Below, piece by piece: positions 1-8,104 of a stretch of 26,053 bases of DNA. Each line of letters starts with the position of its first letter. Position 1 is the first letter of the stretch. The position numbers were made by a program, and so were the translations under genes. Source of the DNA: a virus; the UHGV virus genome UHGV-0219829; one strand, written 5' to 3'. A model generated the notes under the pieces. That model saw only the letters and a program-made list of their open reading frames with translations, was not told the origin of the DNA and did no database searches.

Positions 1-40
1 TAAACCCTGTTTTCCTTGCCATAGACACCATCCCTGTCTT

Positions 41-67
41 CCCCCACATGATGTGGGGGTTTTTTTT
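41..67 (+). terminator. Rho-independent terminator-like hairpin (CCCCCACAT/ATGTGGGGG stem followed by a T8 run), probably ending a host transcript at the prophage boundary
   Basis: Seen directly: perfect 9-nt inverted repeat at 41-59 followed by TTTTTTTT at 60-67. Plus-strand orientation is inferred from the T-run position. Confidence 0.6.
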
Positions 68-152
68 ATCAATTACTTACATGCAATCAAAAGTAAAAAC
101 AAGTACTTATCGAAAGCTGTAAGGGTTTGGAGCGGTTTCAAAATTTCTTGAG

Positions 153-173
153 TGTGGACACTATGTGGACACT
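153..173. repeat. Tandem direct repeat TGTGGACACT-a-TGTGGACACT next to the int 3' end; candidate integrase arm-type binding sites of attL
   Basis: Seen directly: 10-bp unit at 153-162 and 164-173. It lies 14 bp from the int stop. The match to P2-type arm sites (TGTGGACA-like) is from memory and not verified. Confidence 0.5.
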
Positions 174-186
174 CAGAGGGGGAAAT

Positions 187-1197
187 TTATAACGTCACTC
201 CGCCTTTTAGTGGATTCAGAGCGACGGCATTTTGCAGATAGTCAGGCGCAAGGTGCGCATAGGCCATCGTCTGCTGAATGCTCGCATGTCCCAGAATCTG
301 TTGCAGTGCGATTATATTGCCCCCATTCATCATGAAATGGCTTGCGAATGTATGCCGCAGGATGTGGGTTGCCTGATTGGGTGGTATATCAGGTTTCACT
401 CTGCGTAAAATCCCGCAAAATTTCTCATAATCAACTTTGAATAATTTGGCGCTGGCCTCCTCTTTAACTTTTTTCTCCAGTTCCTCAGAAATCGGCACGG
501 TTCGCTTTTTACCGTTTTTGGTTTTCAGGAAGGTAACCCTGCAATTTGTAATCTGTGCTGGTTTTAGCGTGGCAACTTCCGTCCATCTTCCTCCAGTGCT
601 CAGACATAAAAGCGCGACAAGTAAGTCATCACCAGCCAAAACATTTAACAGTTTTTCGATTTCTGCTTTTTCCAGGAACGTCATTTCAGGGTTGGCCTCC
701 GCCAGTGGCGGCAGTCCGTGAATTGGGTGTTGCCCGGAAAATTCATCCAATTGAATTAATTTTGTGAACATGCCGGATAATCGGTACATGTCACGGTTTA
801 TCGTTGCGGCACTGATACCATCACGTAGTCGCATGGAACGATAATCCATCAAAGCCCTTTTGCTCATCCTGCTCACTGGTATATCACCTATGCCGCTGAT
901 GGTTTTGAGTAGATGATTAAACTCTTTTGTTCCATGCTCGTGGTTTTGCCCGTGATATTTCCACCAGATGTCCAGCAACTCACTCAAAGTCCGGCGGTCT
1001 GCTCGCTGGCCTCCCCATTCTTTCTGACTGGCATTGGCGATTGTGTATCGCTCAAATGCTAGTGCTTCAGCTTTTCTTTCGAATTTCCTGCGGATGCGTT
1101 TTCCGTCGCGACCGCGAGGTCTAATGTCCACTTCATAGCGACCATCATCGAGCTTCTTAATTGCCATAAGAAAGCCCTCCGGCGCTGTATTCACCAT
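187..1197 (-). CDS. int: Tyrosine site-specific integrase (P2 Int-like)
   Basis: 336-aa ORF at the prophage edge, adjacent to and co-oriented with the repressor. C-terminal region contains HxLRHT, matching the conserved tyrosine-recombinase box (ATHILRHTFASHFMMNGGNIIALQQILGHASIQQTMAYAHL). An alternative ATG at 1167 (MAIKKL...) has a GGAGG Shine-Dalgarno, so the true start may be 1167. Confidence 0.9.
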   Translation of the reverse strand: MVNTAPEGFLMAIKKLDDGRYEVDIRPRGRDGKRIRRKFERKAEALAFERYTIANASQKEWGGQRADRRTLSELLDIWWKYHGQNHEHGTKEFNHLLKTISGIGDIPVSRMSKRALMDYRSMRLRDGISAATINRDMYRLSGMFTKLIQLDEFSGQHPIHGLPPLAEANPEMTFLEKAEIEKLLNVLAGDDLLVALLCLSTGGRWTEVATLKPAQITNCRVTFLKTKNGKKRTVPISEELEKKVKEEASAKLFKVDYEKFCGILRRVKPDIPPNQATHILRHTFASHFMMNGGNIIALQQILGHASIQQTMAYAHLAPDYLQNAVALNPLKGGVTL

Positions 1198-1236
1198 CTT
1201 GGTAGCAAATGGTGAAAATGTAATCTTTATATAGAG

Positions 1237-1530
1237 TTAGCCAATCCTTTTCGCGGAGTGGTTGGACTCTGTTGACTCTGGCCCAATGTGCGCGAGAGCC
1301 GGTGCGATTTGTCCTGCGTCCGGCGCGGTTTTATCTGTCATAAGCCATAGAGCATATTTTTGGAATGTGGGATGCATAGTGATTTTTAGCAAAGCTGTGC
1401 CACCGGGTTCAAAGTTTCCTCCTTCATATTTTTTAAGTGTGCTTAGCGGTAACTCTATGATTTCACAGAATTTTGATTGGCTTAGCCCTTCAGCCTCACG
1501 CAAGGCCTTAATCTTTTCGCTTAATTTCAT
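1237..1530 (-). CDS. C: Immunity repressor (P2 C-like, HTH)
   Basis: 97-aa ORF with ATG start, divergent from the early operon. The N-terminus looks like a helix-turn-helix and the C-terminal part (GQIAPALAH...) resembles P2 C as I recall it. Position is between int and cox. Confidence 0.85.
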   Translation of the reverse strand: MKLSEKIKALREAEGLSQSKFCEIIELPLSTLKKYEGGNFEPGGTALLKITMHPTFQKYALWLMTDKTAPDAGQIAPALAHIGPESTESNHSAKRIG

Positions 1531-1651
1531 TTGACATGGTGCCTATATAGGGACTAAATTCCCTCAAAACTGGAACCTATATAGGTTCCATTGATTTGAG
1601 AATAAACCAGCGTCTAAACGGTTTTGAGTGGTTTAGAAAGGGCTGGATCCT
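1531..1651. promoter_or_regulatory. Lysis/lysogeny switch region with face-to-face early (Pe) and repressor (Pc) promoters; contains two identical palindromic 10-bp elements CCTATATAGG (1542-1551 and 1576-1585) and a TTGACA box (1531-1536)
   Basis: Seen directly: two perfect copies of the self-complementary CCTATATAGG, 34 bp apart, between divergent C and cox. The operator role is inferred from position. Confidence 0.6.
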
Positions 1652-1666
1652 ATGAGGGTACCATAT

Positions 1667-1939
1667 ATGGACGCTGAAAATTATGTGATTCAGTATCCGC
1701 TTGATGCGGTTCATGTGGATAAATTTGCTGATTTATTAGGGAAGCCAAAGACAGCCGTCAGTGAAATGGTGAAGGCAAATAAATTACCAATTATTGAATT
1801 GCGTGATCCTTGCAAACCGAAGGCTCGTGCCGGTGAAAAATGGGTTTTCATTCCTGAGTTTAATCGCGCTGTACGTGAGGCGTTTTATAACCGACCGGTT
1901 GAACAGCGTGATGCATGGCTTTTGTGGATGGGGTTGTGA
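1667..1939 (+). CDS. cox: Cox-like excisionase/transcriptional regulator
   Basis: First gene of the rightward early operon opposite C. GAGGG Shine-Dalgarno lies 7 nt upstream of the ATG at 1667; the longest ORF starts at ATG 1652. Size is about 90 aa, as for P2 Cox. Confidence 0.7.
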   Translation: MDAENYVIQYPLDAVHVDKFADLLGKPKTAVSEMVKANKLPIIELRDPCKPKARAGEKWVFIPEFNRAVREAFYNRPVEQRDAWLLWMGL

Positions 1940-1941
1940 TT

Positions 1942-2112
1942 ATGAATGAGCCGCGTTGTATTGCTCAGTTATTACGTAACGAAAGCCCCAGGGCGATTGA
2001 CTTCACCATCACCCACGGGAAGGGTCGCAAAGGAATCATTATCCGCACTAAAAAACAGAGTCCGTTAAAGAAGGCTCTGACCTTTCTGAAAAGCCGGAGG
2101 GTCTGGAAATGA
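1942..2112 (+). CDS. Small basic hypothetical protein (early operon, between cox and B)
   Basis: ORF in the early operon with an ATG at 1942 just after the cox stop; lysine/arginine rich. No recognisable motif. Confidence 0.45.
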   Translation: MNEPRCIAQLLRNESPRAIDFTITHGKGRKGIIIRTKKQSPLKKALTFLKSRRVWK

Positions 2113-2609
2113 CAGTGATGACGCTCAATCTCGTTGAAAAACAGCCAGCAGCTATGCGCCGGATAATTGGCAAGCATCTTGCCGTCCCTCGCTGGCAGGA
2201 TACATGTGATTATTATAATCAGATGATGGAGCGCGAACGGCTAACGGTTTGCTTCCATGCGCAGTTAAAACAGCGTCACGCAACGATGCGTTTTGAAGAA
2301 ATGAATGATGTCGAACGTGAACGACTGGTATGTGCAATTGATGAATTGCGTGGGGCATTCTCAAAACGCCGTCAGGTTGGCGCAAGTGAGTATGCATATA
2401 TTAGTTTTTTAACAGTCAGTCAGCGTCGTACTTTATTTATGCATGCCGGATTGACTGAAAAAGAATTCAACCAGCCATACTGGCGAATTAATGAAGAATC
2501 ATGTTACTGGCGTGATGCTTTATTCCGTGCATTACGTGAATTATTCAGCCTGTTTGAGTATGCACCGACAATTCTGACGTCGGTAAAACCAGAGCAATAT
2601 CTGCATTAA
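2109..2609 (+). CDS. B: Replication protein B-like (helicase loader-type early protein)
   Basis: 166-aa ORF with GGAGGG Shine-Dalgarno and ATG overlapping the upstream stop. Same size and position as P2 gpB. Confidence 0.75.
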   Translation: MTVMTLNLVEKQPAAMRRIIGKHLAVPRWQDTCDYYNQMMERERLTVCFHAQLKQRHATMRFEEMNDVERERLVCAIDELRGAFSKRRQVGASEYAYISFLTVSQRRTLFMHAGLTEKEFNQPYWRINEESCYWRDALFRALRELFSLFEYAPTILTSVKPEQYLH

Positions 2610-2630
2610 GTAATTAACCAGAGTTTTTAA

Positions 2631-2658
2631 CGCACTTAATCGTGCGGGGCTTCTTTTT
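2631..2658 (+). terminator. Weak hairpin (CGCAC-ttaatc-GTGCG) followed by a T-rich tract; possible attenuator/terminator between B and downstream early ORFs
   Basis: Seen directly: 5-bp stem followed by GGGCTTCTTTTT. The stem is short, so this is weak. Confidence 0.3.
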
Positions 2659-2672
2659 GCCTGGAGAAAGTC

Positions 2673-2897
2673 ATGCATACAGTTTCTGAAAATCAGTGCG
2701 GTATATACGCATTACTGCTGCAACAGGCCAGAACCGAAGCACAGGCCGACGCTGCGACGCGCTTTTCTTCTCATCTTGACGCCATGATTCGCCACATCAC
2801 AAAGGCGGAGTTATCCCGCGTGGAGATAGTCGAGCTGCTCAGTCAGGAGTCGGAAAAATTTCACAATATCGGATTGTCTCGCGGGGAGGTGCTTTGA
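2673..2897 (+). CDS. Hypothetical early protein (P2 orf80-position)
   Basis: 74-aa ORF with ATG and GGAGA Shine-Dalgarno, in the early operon. Confidence 0.6.
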
Positions 2898-3199
2898 TGT
2901 CCTGTTCTCGTTCAGTTGTATTACTGAATAACGCCTTAAAAATCGCCGTTATGAAAAATGGCGATTTATCTCTTATTCAACTTGGTCTTGATAAAGAAAA
3001 ACGCGAAATAACTGAGTCTGTTATCGCGATTTATCAGAACGAATTAAATCTCCTGTCTGATGTGGTCAATTTACTTGTTAAACGCGCTGTATTTCACAAG
3101 CAAATCTCCTCCGTGGATGAACTGACGAAATTAACGACAGAAATTGCCAGCTATTGCGCTGATGAATTTAAAAAACTTAACGACAAAAGGAGCTGGTAA
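2897..3199 (+). CDS. Hypothetical early protein (P2 orf81-position)
   Basis: ATG at 2897 overlaps the upstream TGA (ATGA); the track start at 2894 is a TTG. About 100 aa. Confidence 0.6.
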   Translation: MSCSRSVVLLNNALKIAVMKNGDLSLIQLGLDKEKREITESVIAIYQNELNLLSDVVNLLVKRAVFHKQISSVDELTKLTTEIASYCADEFKKLNDKRSW

Positions 3200-3423
3200 T
3201 GCCGGACAACGTAGATTTTATTCAGGAACAACAGGCTGAATTACTGGAGCGCCAGATTAACTCGGCAAGGGTAAAGCATTGCGGTGTTTCTGCGCTGGTT
3301 TGCGAAGAGTGTGACGCGCCAATACCTGCTGCCCGTCGTGCGGCTTATCCGTCAGCCACGCGTTGTGTTTCCTGCCAGTCAGTCTTTGAAGCAAAAAACA
3401 AACATTACCGGAGAACGGCATGA
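3199..3423 (+). CDS. TraR/DksA-family C4 zinc-finger protein (P2 orf82-position)
   Basis: 74-aa ORF containing CEEC...(17 aa)...CVSC, a four-cysteine CxxC-N17-CxxC arrangement. ATG overlaps the upstream stop. Confidence 0.7.
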   Translation: MPDNVDFIQEQQAELLERQINSARVKHCGVSALVCEECDAPIPAARRAAYPSATRCVSCQSVFEAKNKHYRRTA

Positions 3424-3695
3424 GTATTCGTATTGAAATTGGCGAACGTTATGTCGTTACCAGTGACAGCTTTCAGTTTATTCTCCACGAGAAAAAGAGA
3501 GCTGAAAGCGGTAAAAACGCCGGTCAGGAATGGCTGGCGGTGGTTGGTTATTACCCGAAATTAAGCCAGCTTGTTTCCGGCCTGATGCATCACGATATTC
3601 TGACCGGAAGCGCAAAGTCTTTTGCTGATTTAAACGCGCAGGTTGAGCAACTCAGCAAGCGTTGTTCAGAGGCTTTTGGCTCATATGGCCGTTAA
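3420..3695 (+). CDS. Hypothetical early protein (P2 orf83-position)
   Basis: 91-aa ORF with ATG overlapping the upstream stop, immediately before gene A. Confidence 0.6.
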   Translation: MSIRIEIGERYVVTSDSFQFILHEKKRAESGKNAGQEWLAVVGYYPKLSQLVSGLMHHDILTGSAKSFADLNAQVEQLSKRCSEAFGSYGR

Positions 3696-5961
3696 AGCCT
3701 CCGGGCGTTTTGTCCCTCCGTCAGCATTTGCCGCAGGCACCGGTGAGACGTTTACCGGTGCTTATGCATGGAACGCGCCACGCGAGGCCGTCGGGCGCGA
3801 AAGACCCCTTACACGTGACGAGATGCGTCAGGTGCAAGGTGTTTTATCCACGATTAATCGCCTGCCTTACTTTTTGCGCTCGCTGTTTACTTCACGCTAT
3901 GACTACATCCGGCGCAATAAAAGCCCGGTGCACGGGTTTTATTTCCTCACATCCACTTTTCAGCGCCGTTTATGGCCGCGTATTGAGCGCGTGAATCAGC
4001 GCCATGAAATGAACACCGACGCGTCGTTGCTGTTTCTGGCAGAGCGTGACCATTATGCGCGTCTGCCGGGGATGAATGACAAGGAGCTGAAAAAGTTTGC
4101 CGCCCGTATCTCATCGCAGCTTTTCATGATGTATGAGGAACTCTGCGATGCATGGGTTGATGCACATGGCGAGAAAGAATCGCTGTTTACAGATGAGGCG
4201 CAGGCGCATCTGTATGGTCATGTTGCTGGCGCTGCACGTGCTTTCAATATTTCCCCTCTCTACTGGAAAAAATACCGTAAAGGACAGATGACCACGAGGC
4301 AGGCATATTCTGCCATTGCCCGTCTGTTTAACGATGAGTGGTGGACTCATCAGCTTAAAGGCCAGCGTATGCGCTGGCATGAGGCGTTACTGATTGCTGT
4401 CGGGGAGGTCAATAAAGACCGTTCTCCTTATGCCAGTAAACATGCCATTCGTGATGTGCGTGCACGCCGCCAGGCAAATCTGGAATTTCTTAAATCGTGT
4501 GACCTCGAAAACAGGGAAACCGGCGAGCGCATCGACCTTATCAGTAAGGTGATGGGCAGTATTTCTAATCCTGAAATTCGCCGGATGGAGCTGATGAACA
4601 CCATCGCCGGTATTGAGCGTTACGCCGCCGCAGAGGGTGATGTGGGGATGTTTATCACTCTGACCGCGCCGTCAAAGTATCACCCGACACGTCAGGTCGG
4701 AAAAGGCGAAAGTAAAACCGTCCAGCTAAATCACGGCTGGAATGATGAGGCATTTAATCCAAAGGATGCGCAGCGTTATCTCTGCCGCATCTGGAGCCTG
4801 ATGCGCACGGCATTCAAGGATAATGATTTACAGGTCTACGGTTTGCGAGTCGTCGAGCCACACCACGACGGAACGCCGCACTGGCATATGATGCTTTTTT
4901 GTAATCCACGCCAGCGTAACCAGATTATCGAAATCATGCGTCGCTATGCGCTCAAAGAGGATGGTGACGAAAGAGGAGCCGCGCGAAACCGTTTTCAGGC
5001 AAAACACCTTAACCGGGGCGGTGCTGCGGGATATATCGCGAAATACATCTCAAAAAACATCGATGGCTATGCACTGGATGGTCAGCTCGATAACGATACC
5101 GGCAGGCCGCTGAAAGACACTGCCGCGGCTGTTACCGCATGGGCGTCAACGTGGCGCATTCCGCAATTTAAAACGGTTGGCCTGCCGACAATGGGGGCTT
5201 ACCGTGAACTACGCAAATTGCCTCGCGGCGTCAGCATTGCTGATGAGTTTGACGAACGCGTCGAGGCTGCACGCGCTGCCGCAGACAGTGGTGATTTTGC
5301 GTTGTATATCAGCGCGCAGGGTGGGGCAAATGTTCCGCGCGATTGTCAGACTGTCAGGGTTGCCCGTAGTCCGTCGGATGAAGTTAACGAGTACGAGGAA
5401 GAAGTCGAGAGAGTGGTCGGCATTTACGCGCCGCATCTCGGCGCGCGTCATATTCATATCACCAGAACGACGGACTGGCGCATTGTTCCGAAAGTGCCGG
5501 TCGTTGAGCCTTTGACTTTAAAAAGCGGCATCGCCGCGCCTCGGAGTCCTGTCAATAACTGTGGAAAGCTCACCGGTGGTGATACTTCGTTACCAGCTCC
5601 CACACCTTCTGAGCACGCCGCAGCAGTGCTTAATCTGGTTGATGACGGTGTCATCGAATGGAATGACCCGGAGGTCGTGAGGGCGCTCAGAGGTGCATTA
5701 AAACATGGCCTGAGAACACCAAATCGCCAGCAAAGAAACGGAAGCCCGTTAAAACCGCATGAAATGGCACCATCGGCCAGACTGACCCGGTCGGAACGAA
5801 TGCAAATTACCCGTATCCGCGTTGACCTTGCTCAGAACGGTATCAGGCCGCAGCGATGGGAGCTTGAGGCGCTGGCGCGTGGGGCAACCGTAAATTATGA
5901 CGGGAAAAAATTCACGTATCCGGTCGCTAATGAGTGGTCGGTTTTTTCAATTAAACAATAA
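3685..5961 (+). CDS. A: Rolling-circle replication initiator protein A (HUH endonuclease)
   Basis: About 758 aa from ATG 3685 (the track start at 3643 is TTG). Contains an HUH motif (TPHWHMMLF) and a downstream paired-tyrosine motif (GYIAKYISK), both seen directly. Position and size match P2 gpA. Confidence 0.9.
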   Translation: MAVKASGRFVPPSAFAAGTGETFTGAYAWNAPREAVGRERPLTRDEMRQVQGVLSTINRLPYFLRSLFTSRYDYIRRNKSPVHGFYFLTSTFQRRLWPRIERVNQRHEMNTDASLLFLAERDHYARLPGMNDKELKKFAARISSQLFMMYEELCDAWVDAHGEKESLFTDEAQAHLYGHVAGAARAFNISPLYWKKYRKGQMTTRQAYSAIARLFNDEWWTHQLKGQRMRWHEALLIAVGEVNKDRSPYASKHAIRDVRARRQANLEFLKSCDLENRETGERIDLISKVMGSISNPEIRRMELMNTIAGIERYAAAEGDVGMFITLTAPSKYHPTRQVGKGESKTVQLNHGWNDEAFNPKDAQRYLCRIWSLMRTAFKDNDLQVYGLRVVEPHHDGTPHWHMMLFCNPRQRNQIIEIMRRYALKEDGDERGAARNRFQAKHLNRGGAAGYIAKYISKNIDGYALDGQLDNDTGRPLKDTAAAVTAWASTWRIPQFKTVGLPTMGAYRELRKLPRGVSIADEFDERVEAARAAADSGDFALYISAQGGANVPRDCQTVRVARSPSDEVNEYEEEVERVVGIYAPHLGARHIHITRTTDWRIVPKVPVVEPLTLKSGIAAPRSPVNNCGKLTGGDTSLPAPTPSEHAAAVLNLVDDGVIEWNDPEVVRALRGALKHGLRTPNRQQRNGSPLKPHEMAPSARLTRSERMQITRIRVDLAQNGIRPQRWELEALARGATVNYDGKKFTYPVANEWSVFSIKQ

Positions 5962-6132
5962 TGACTACTACTGCAGTGTTGTGGGAATGTTATAGTGTTT
6001 GTGGGATTTTTCTATGAAAAACAATGAATTAATCTGTTTTTCATATTGAGCTAATTTTTTATGGCCACAGTTGTTAAAAAGTGAGAACATAATCTTGTTC
6101 AAAACCTGCTTCTATATACGGAGGCTTTCGCT

Positions 6133-6159
6133 ATAATACGCGGTCGGTTTTAGGAGGGG
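6133..6159 (+). promoter_or_regulatory. Putative promoter -10 (TATAAT at 6133-6138) and strong Shine-Dalgarno (AGGAGGGG at 6152-6159) for the methyltransferase gene
   Basis: Seen directly in the AT-rich spacer after gene A. The -35 element is weak, so promoter strength is uncertain. Confidence 0.45.
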
Positions 6160-6162
6160 ATA

Positions 6163-7107
6163 ATGCCAACAGTAGTTTCACTTTTTTCTGGATGCGGTGG
6201 TTCCGATGCGGGGGTTTTGAGAGCCGGCTTTGATGTGCTTATGGCCAACGATATCTTGCCGTATGCGCGCGATGTTTATATTGCCAATCATCCAGAAACT
6301 GATTACATATTAGGCAATATTGCTGATGTAACTACTTTTCCTAAATCTGATTTGCTGGTAGGTTGTTATCCATGTCAGGGATTCAGCCAGGGTGGTGCGC
6401 GTAAAGCCGATCGAAAAATTAATACTCTTTATTTAGAGTTTGCTAGAGCTTTAAACAATATAAAGCCTAAAGCTTTTATAGTAGAAAACGTGTCTGGTAT
6501 GGTTAGAAAAAATTTTGAGCATTTGTTATCTGACCAGATCAGGGTTTTTACTGAAGCAGGTTATACTGTTTCCGCAAAAGTTTTAAATGCGGCTGAATAT
6601 GGAGTAGCGCAGGAAAGAAAAAGAATATTTATCGTAGGAATCCGTAATGATTTCAAAGTTAAGTACGAGTTCCCTCAGCCAACTCATGGGCCAGCAACTG
6701 GCGTCAACTATGTTACTATTAAAGATGCTATAGGGCATTTACCTGAATGGCCAGAAGGTGAATTTTATGATATGGGATTCCATTGGTATTATATGTCTCG
6801 CAATCGTCGCCAGGATTGGGATCAAATTTCAAAGACAATAGTTGCTAATGCAAGGCATATGCCGTTGCATCCTGTCAGTCCTCCGATGGAGAAAGTAAGA
6901 ACTGATGAATGGAGATTTGTTGAGGATCGGAGAGCTCGCAGATTCAGTTTTCGAGAGGCAGCACTATTACAAGGGTTTGAGGATCTAGTGTTTCCAGAAA
7001 CAAATGCTGCAAGTCTTGGCATGAAATACACGGTGGTTGGTAATGCAGTGCCTCCGCCGCTTTTTGAAGCTGTAACGAAGGCATTGCCAATAGAATTATG
7101 GGATTGA
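6163..7107 (+). CDS. DNA (cytosine-5)-methyltransferase (Dcm-type C5-MTase)
   Basis: 314-aa ORF carrying the full canonical C5-MTase motif set: motif I FSGCGG, motif IV PCQGFS (catalytic Cys), motif VI ENV, motif VIII QERKR, motif IX REAALLQGF, motif X GNAVPPPL. Confidence 0.9.
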   Translation: MPTVVSLFSGCGGSDAGVLRAGFDVLMANDILPYARDVYIANHPETDYILGNIADVTTFPKSDLLVGCYPCQGFSQGGARKADRKINTLYLEFARALNNIKPKAFIVENVSGMVRKNFEHLLSDQIRVFTEAGYTVSAKVLNAAEYGVAQERKRIFIVGIRNDFKVKYEFPQPTHGPATGVNYVTIKDAIGHLPEWPEGEFYDMGFHWYYMSRNRRQDWDQISKTIVANARHMPLHPVSPPMEKVRTDEWRFVEDRRARRFSFREAALLQGFEDLVFPETNAASLGMKYTVVGNAVPPPLFEAVTKALPIELWD

Positions 7108-7114
7108 TAAGCTA

Positions 7115-8104
7115 TTAAGGCTCTGGATTTAATGTATAAAGCTCTTCCTCAAATTCGCGAAACCAATCAGAGGTAGTTATCGCTTCCCATTGGTTTGCCT
7201 TATCAAGTAGATATATGATTCTCAACCTATCTAATAATAATACCCCAGCGGTTGCGTGTGTGCTTACCCATTCGCCATTTGCTTCCCGATAGAAAACAGG
7301 CGTGAACATTGTTGATGGATGCTGGAACGCAATTTGGAAATAGGTGGTCAGTTTTAACACGTTAGCCTCTAATGTTTTGCTTGGCCACCCTGTTTCTTGT
7401 GCGCCACATTGACCAAGAATTCCATAGTTGCTAGTTTGACCATCAGGAAATTCCACTGTAGCAATTAGGTCAAACCCGGCATCACCAGATGTGGGAGCTC
7501 TATTTATTTCCCTTGTGTTTAAACTACAAACTCCAAGATCTTTTCCTAAAGTTTGTAGAGCTGTCCGAAGATTTGTTCCATAATAATTTTGCCTATCATC
7601 GGAGTTAGCATCAAAAATTCTTACGGTGCCATGTGCAGGTAAGAGAGAAATCATTGCTACTTTACATACTCTGGCAAAGCTCTTTGCCCAACGTTGTGCT
7701 GCTCCTTTAATCGACTTAAAGGATCTAAGTCTAGAGCAGCAAAGAAGAAAAACATATATTCGTTGTTGTTGGTTTAGATTTTCTTTAATAATTATCTCAT
7801 CACCTGAAATTATAAATGGATATATTTTGCCAAGAGCACTTTCTCTATATTCGAGTTGTGTCCAAACATCTTCGAGTTGCTCTTCAAAACGATCATTTCT
7901 CTCAGCGTCTCCATTAATTTCTTCTTCAGAATTACATTCTTCATCAATTTCTTCAACGCTTGTTATGCCGAATTTTCTTACTGAATCTAAATCATTTTTA
8001 TGTAGTGAGTTACGTCCGGTATAATTAATTACCGTGAGTAACTCGGCTAAATCTGCAAACAAATGAGGAGAGTTGGGATGCATAACTCCTACTTCAAAAG
8101 TCAT
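7115..8104 (-). CDS. Hypothetical protein, partner of the ParB-like protein; function unknown (candidate defence effector)
   Basis: About 329-aa ORF. ATG starts at 8107/8104 lie just downstream of a GAGG, and the gene overlaps the upstream gene's stop, suggesting translational coupling. Its stop is 7 nt from the convergent MTase stop. Low GC. I recognised no confident motif. Confidence 0.65.
   Translation of the reverse strand: MTFEVGVMHPNSPHLFADLAELLTVINYTGRNSLHKNDLDSVRKFGITSVEEIDEECNSEEEINGDAERNDRFEEQLEDVWTQLEYRESALGKIYPFIISGDEIIIKENLNQQQRIYVFLLCCSRLRSFKSIKGAAQRWAKSFARVCKVAMISLLPAHGTVRIFDANSDDRQNYYGTNLRTALQTLGKDLGVCSLNTREINRAPTSGDAGFDLIATVEFPDGQTSNYGILGQCGAQETGWPSKTLEANVLKLTTYFQIAFQHPSTMFTPVFYREANGEWVSTHATAGVLLLDRLRIIYLLDKANQWEAITTSDWFREFEEELYTLNPEP

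Noticed and set aside
1-186. Possible tRNA or tmRNA 3' end as integration target at the left edge
   Set aside because: No cloverleaf or acceptor-stem/CCA-like structure is evident. The hairpin with T-tract looks like a protein-gene terminator. Not excluded without a search.
437-1124. Plus-strand ORFs inside the integrase gene (437-721, 555-767, 927-1124)
   Set aside because: Antisense to int; no independent support.
3643-3684. Extended TTG start for gene A at 3643 (772 aa), and similar TTG/GTG-extended track starts for P (12466), O (12544), L (15384), X (15884), lysC (17523) and the ParB-like gene (9254)
   Set aside because: In-frame ATGs with Shine-Dalgarno sequences or stop/start overlaps give products matching the expected P2 protein sizes; the extended starts lack ribosome-binding sites.
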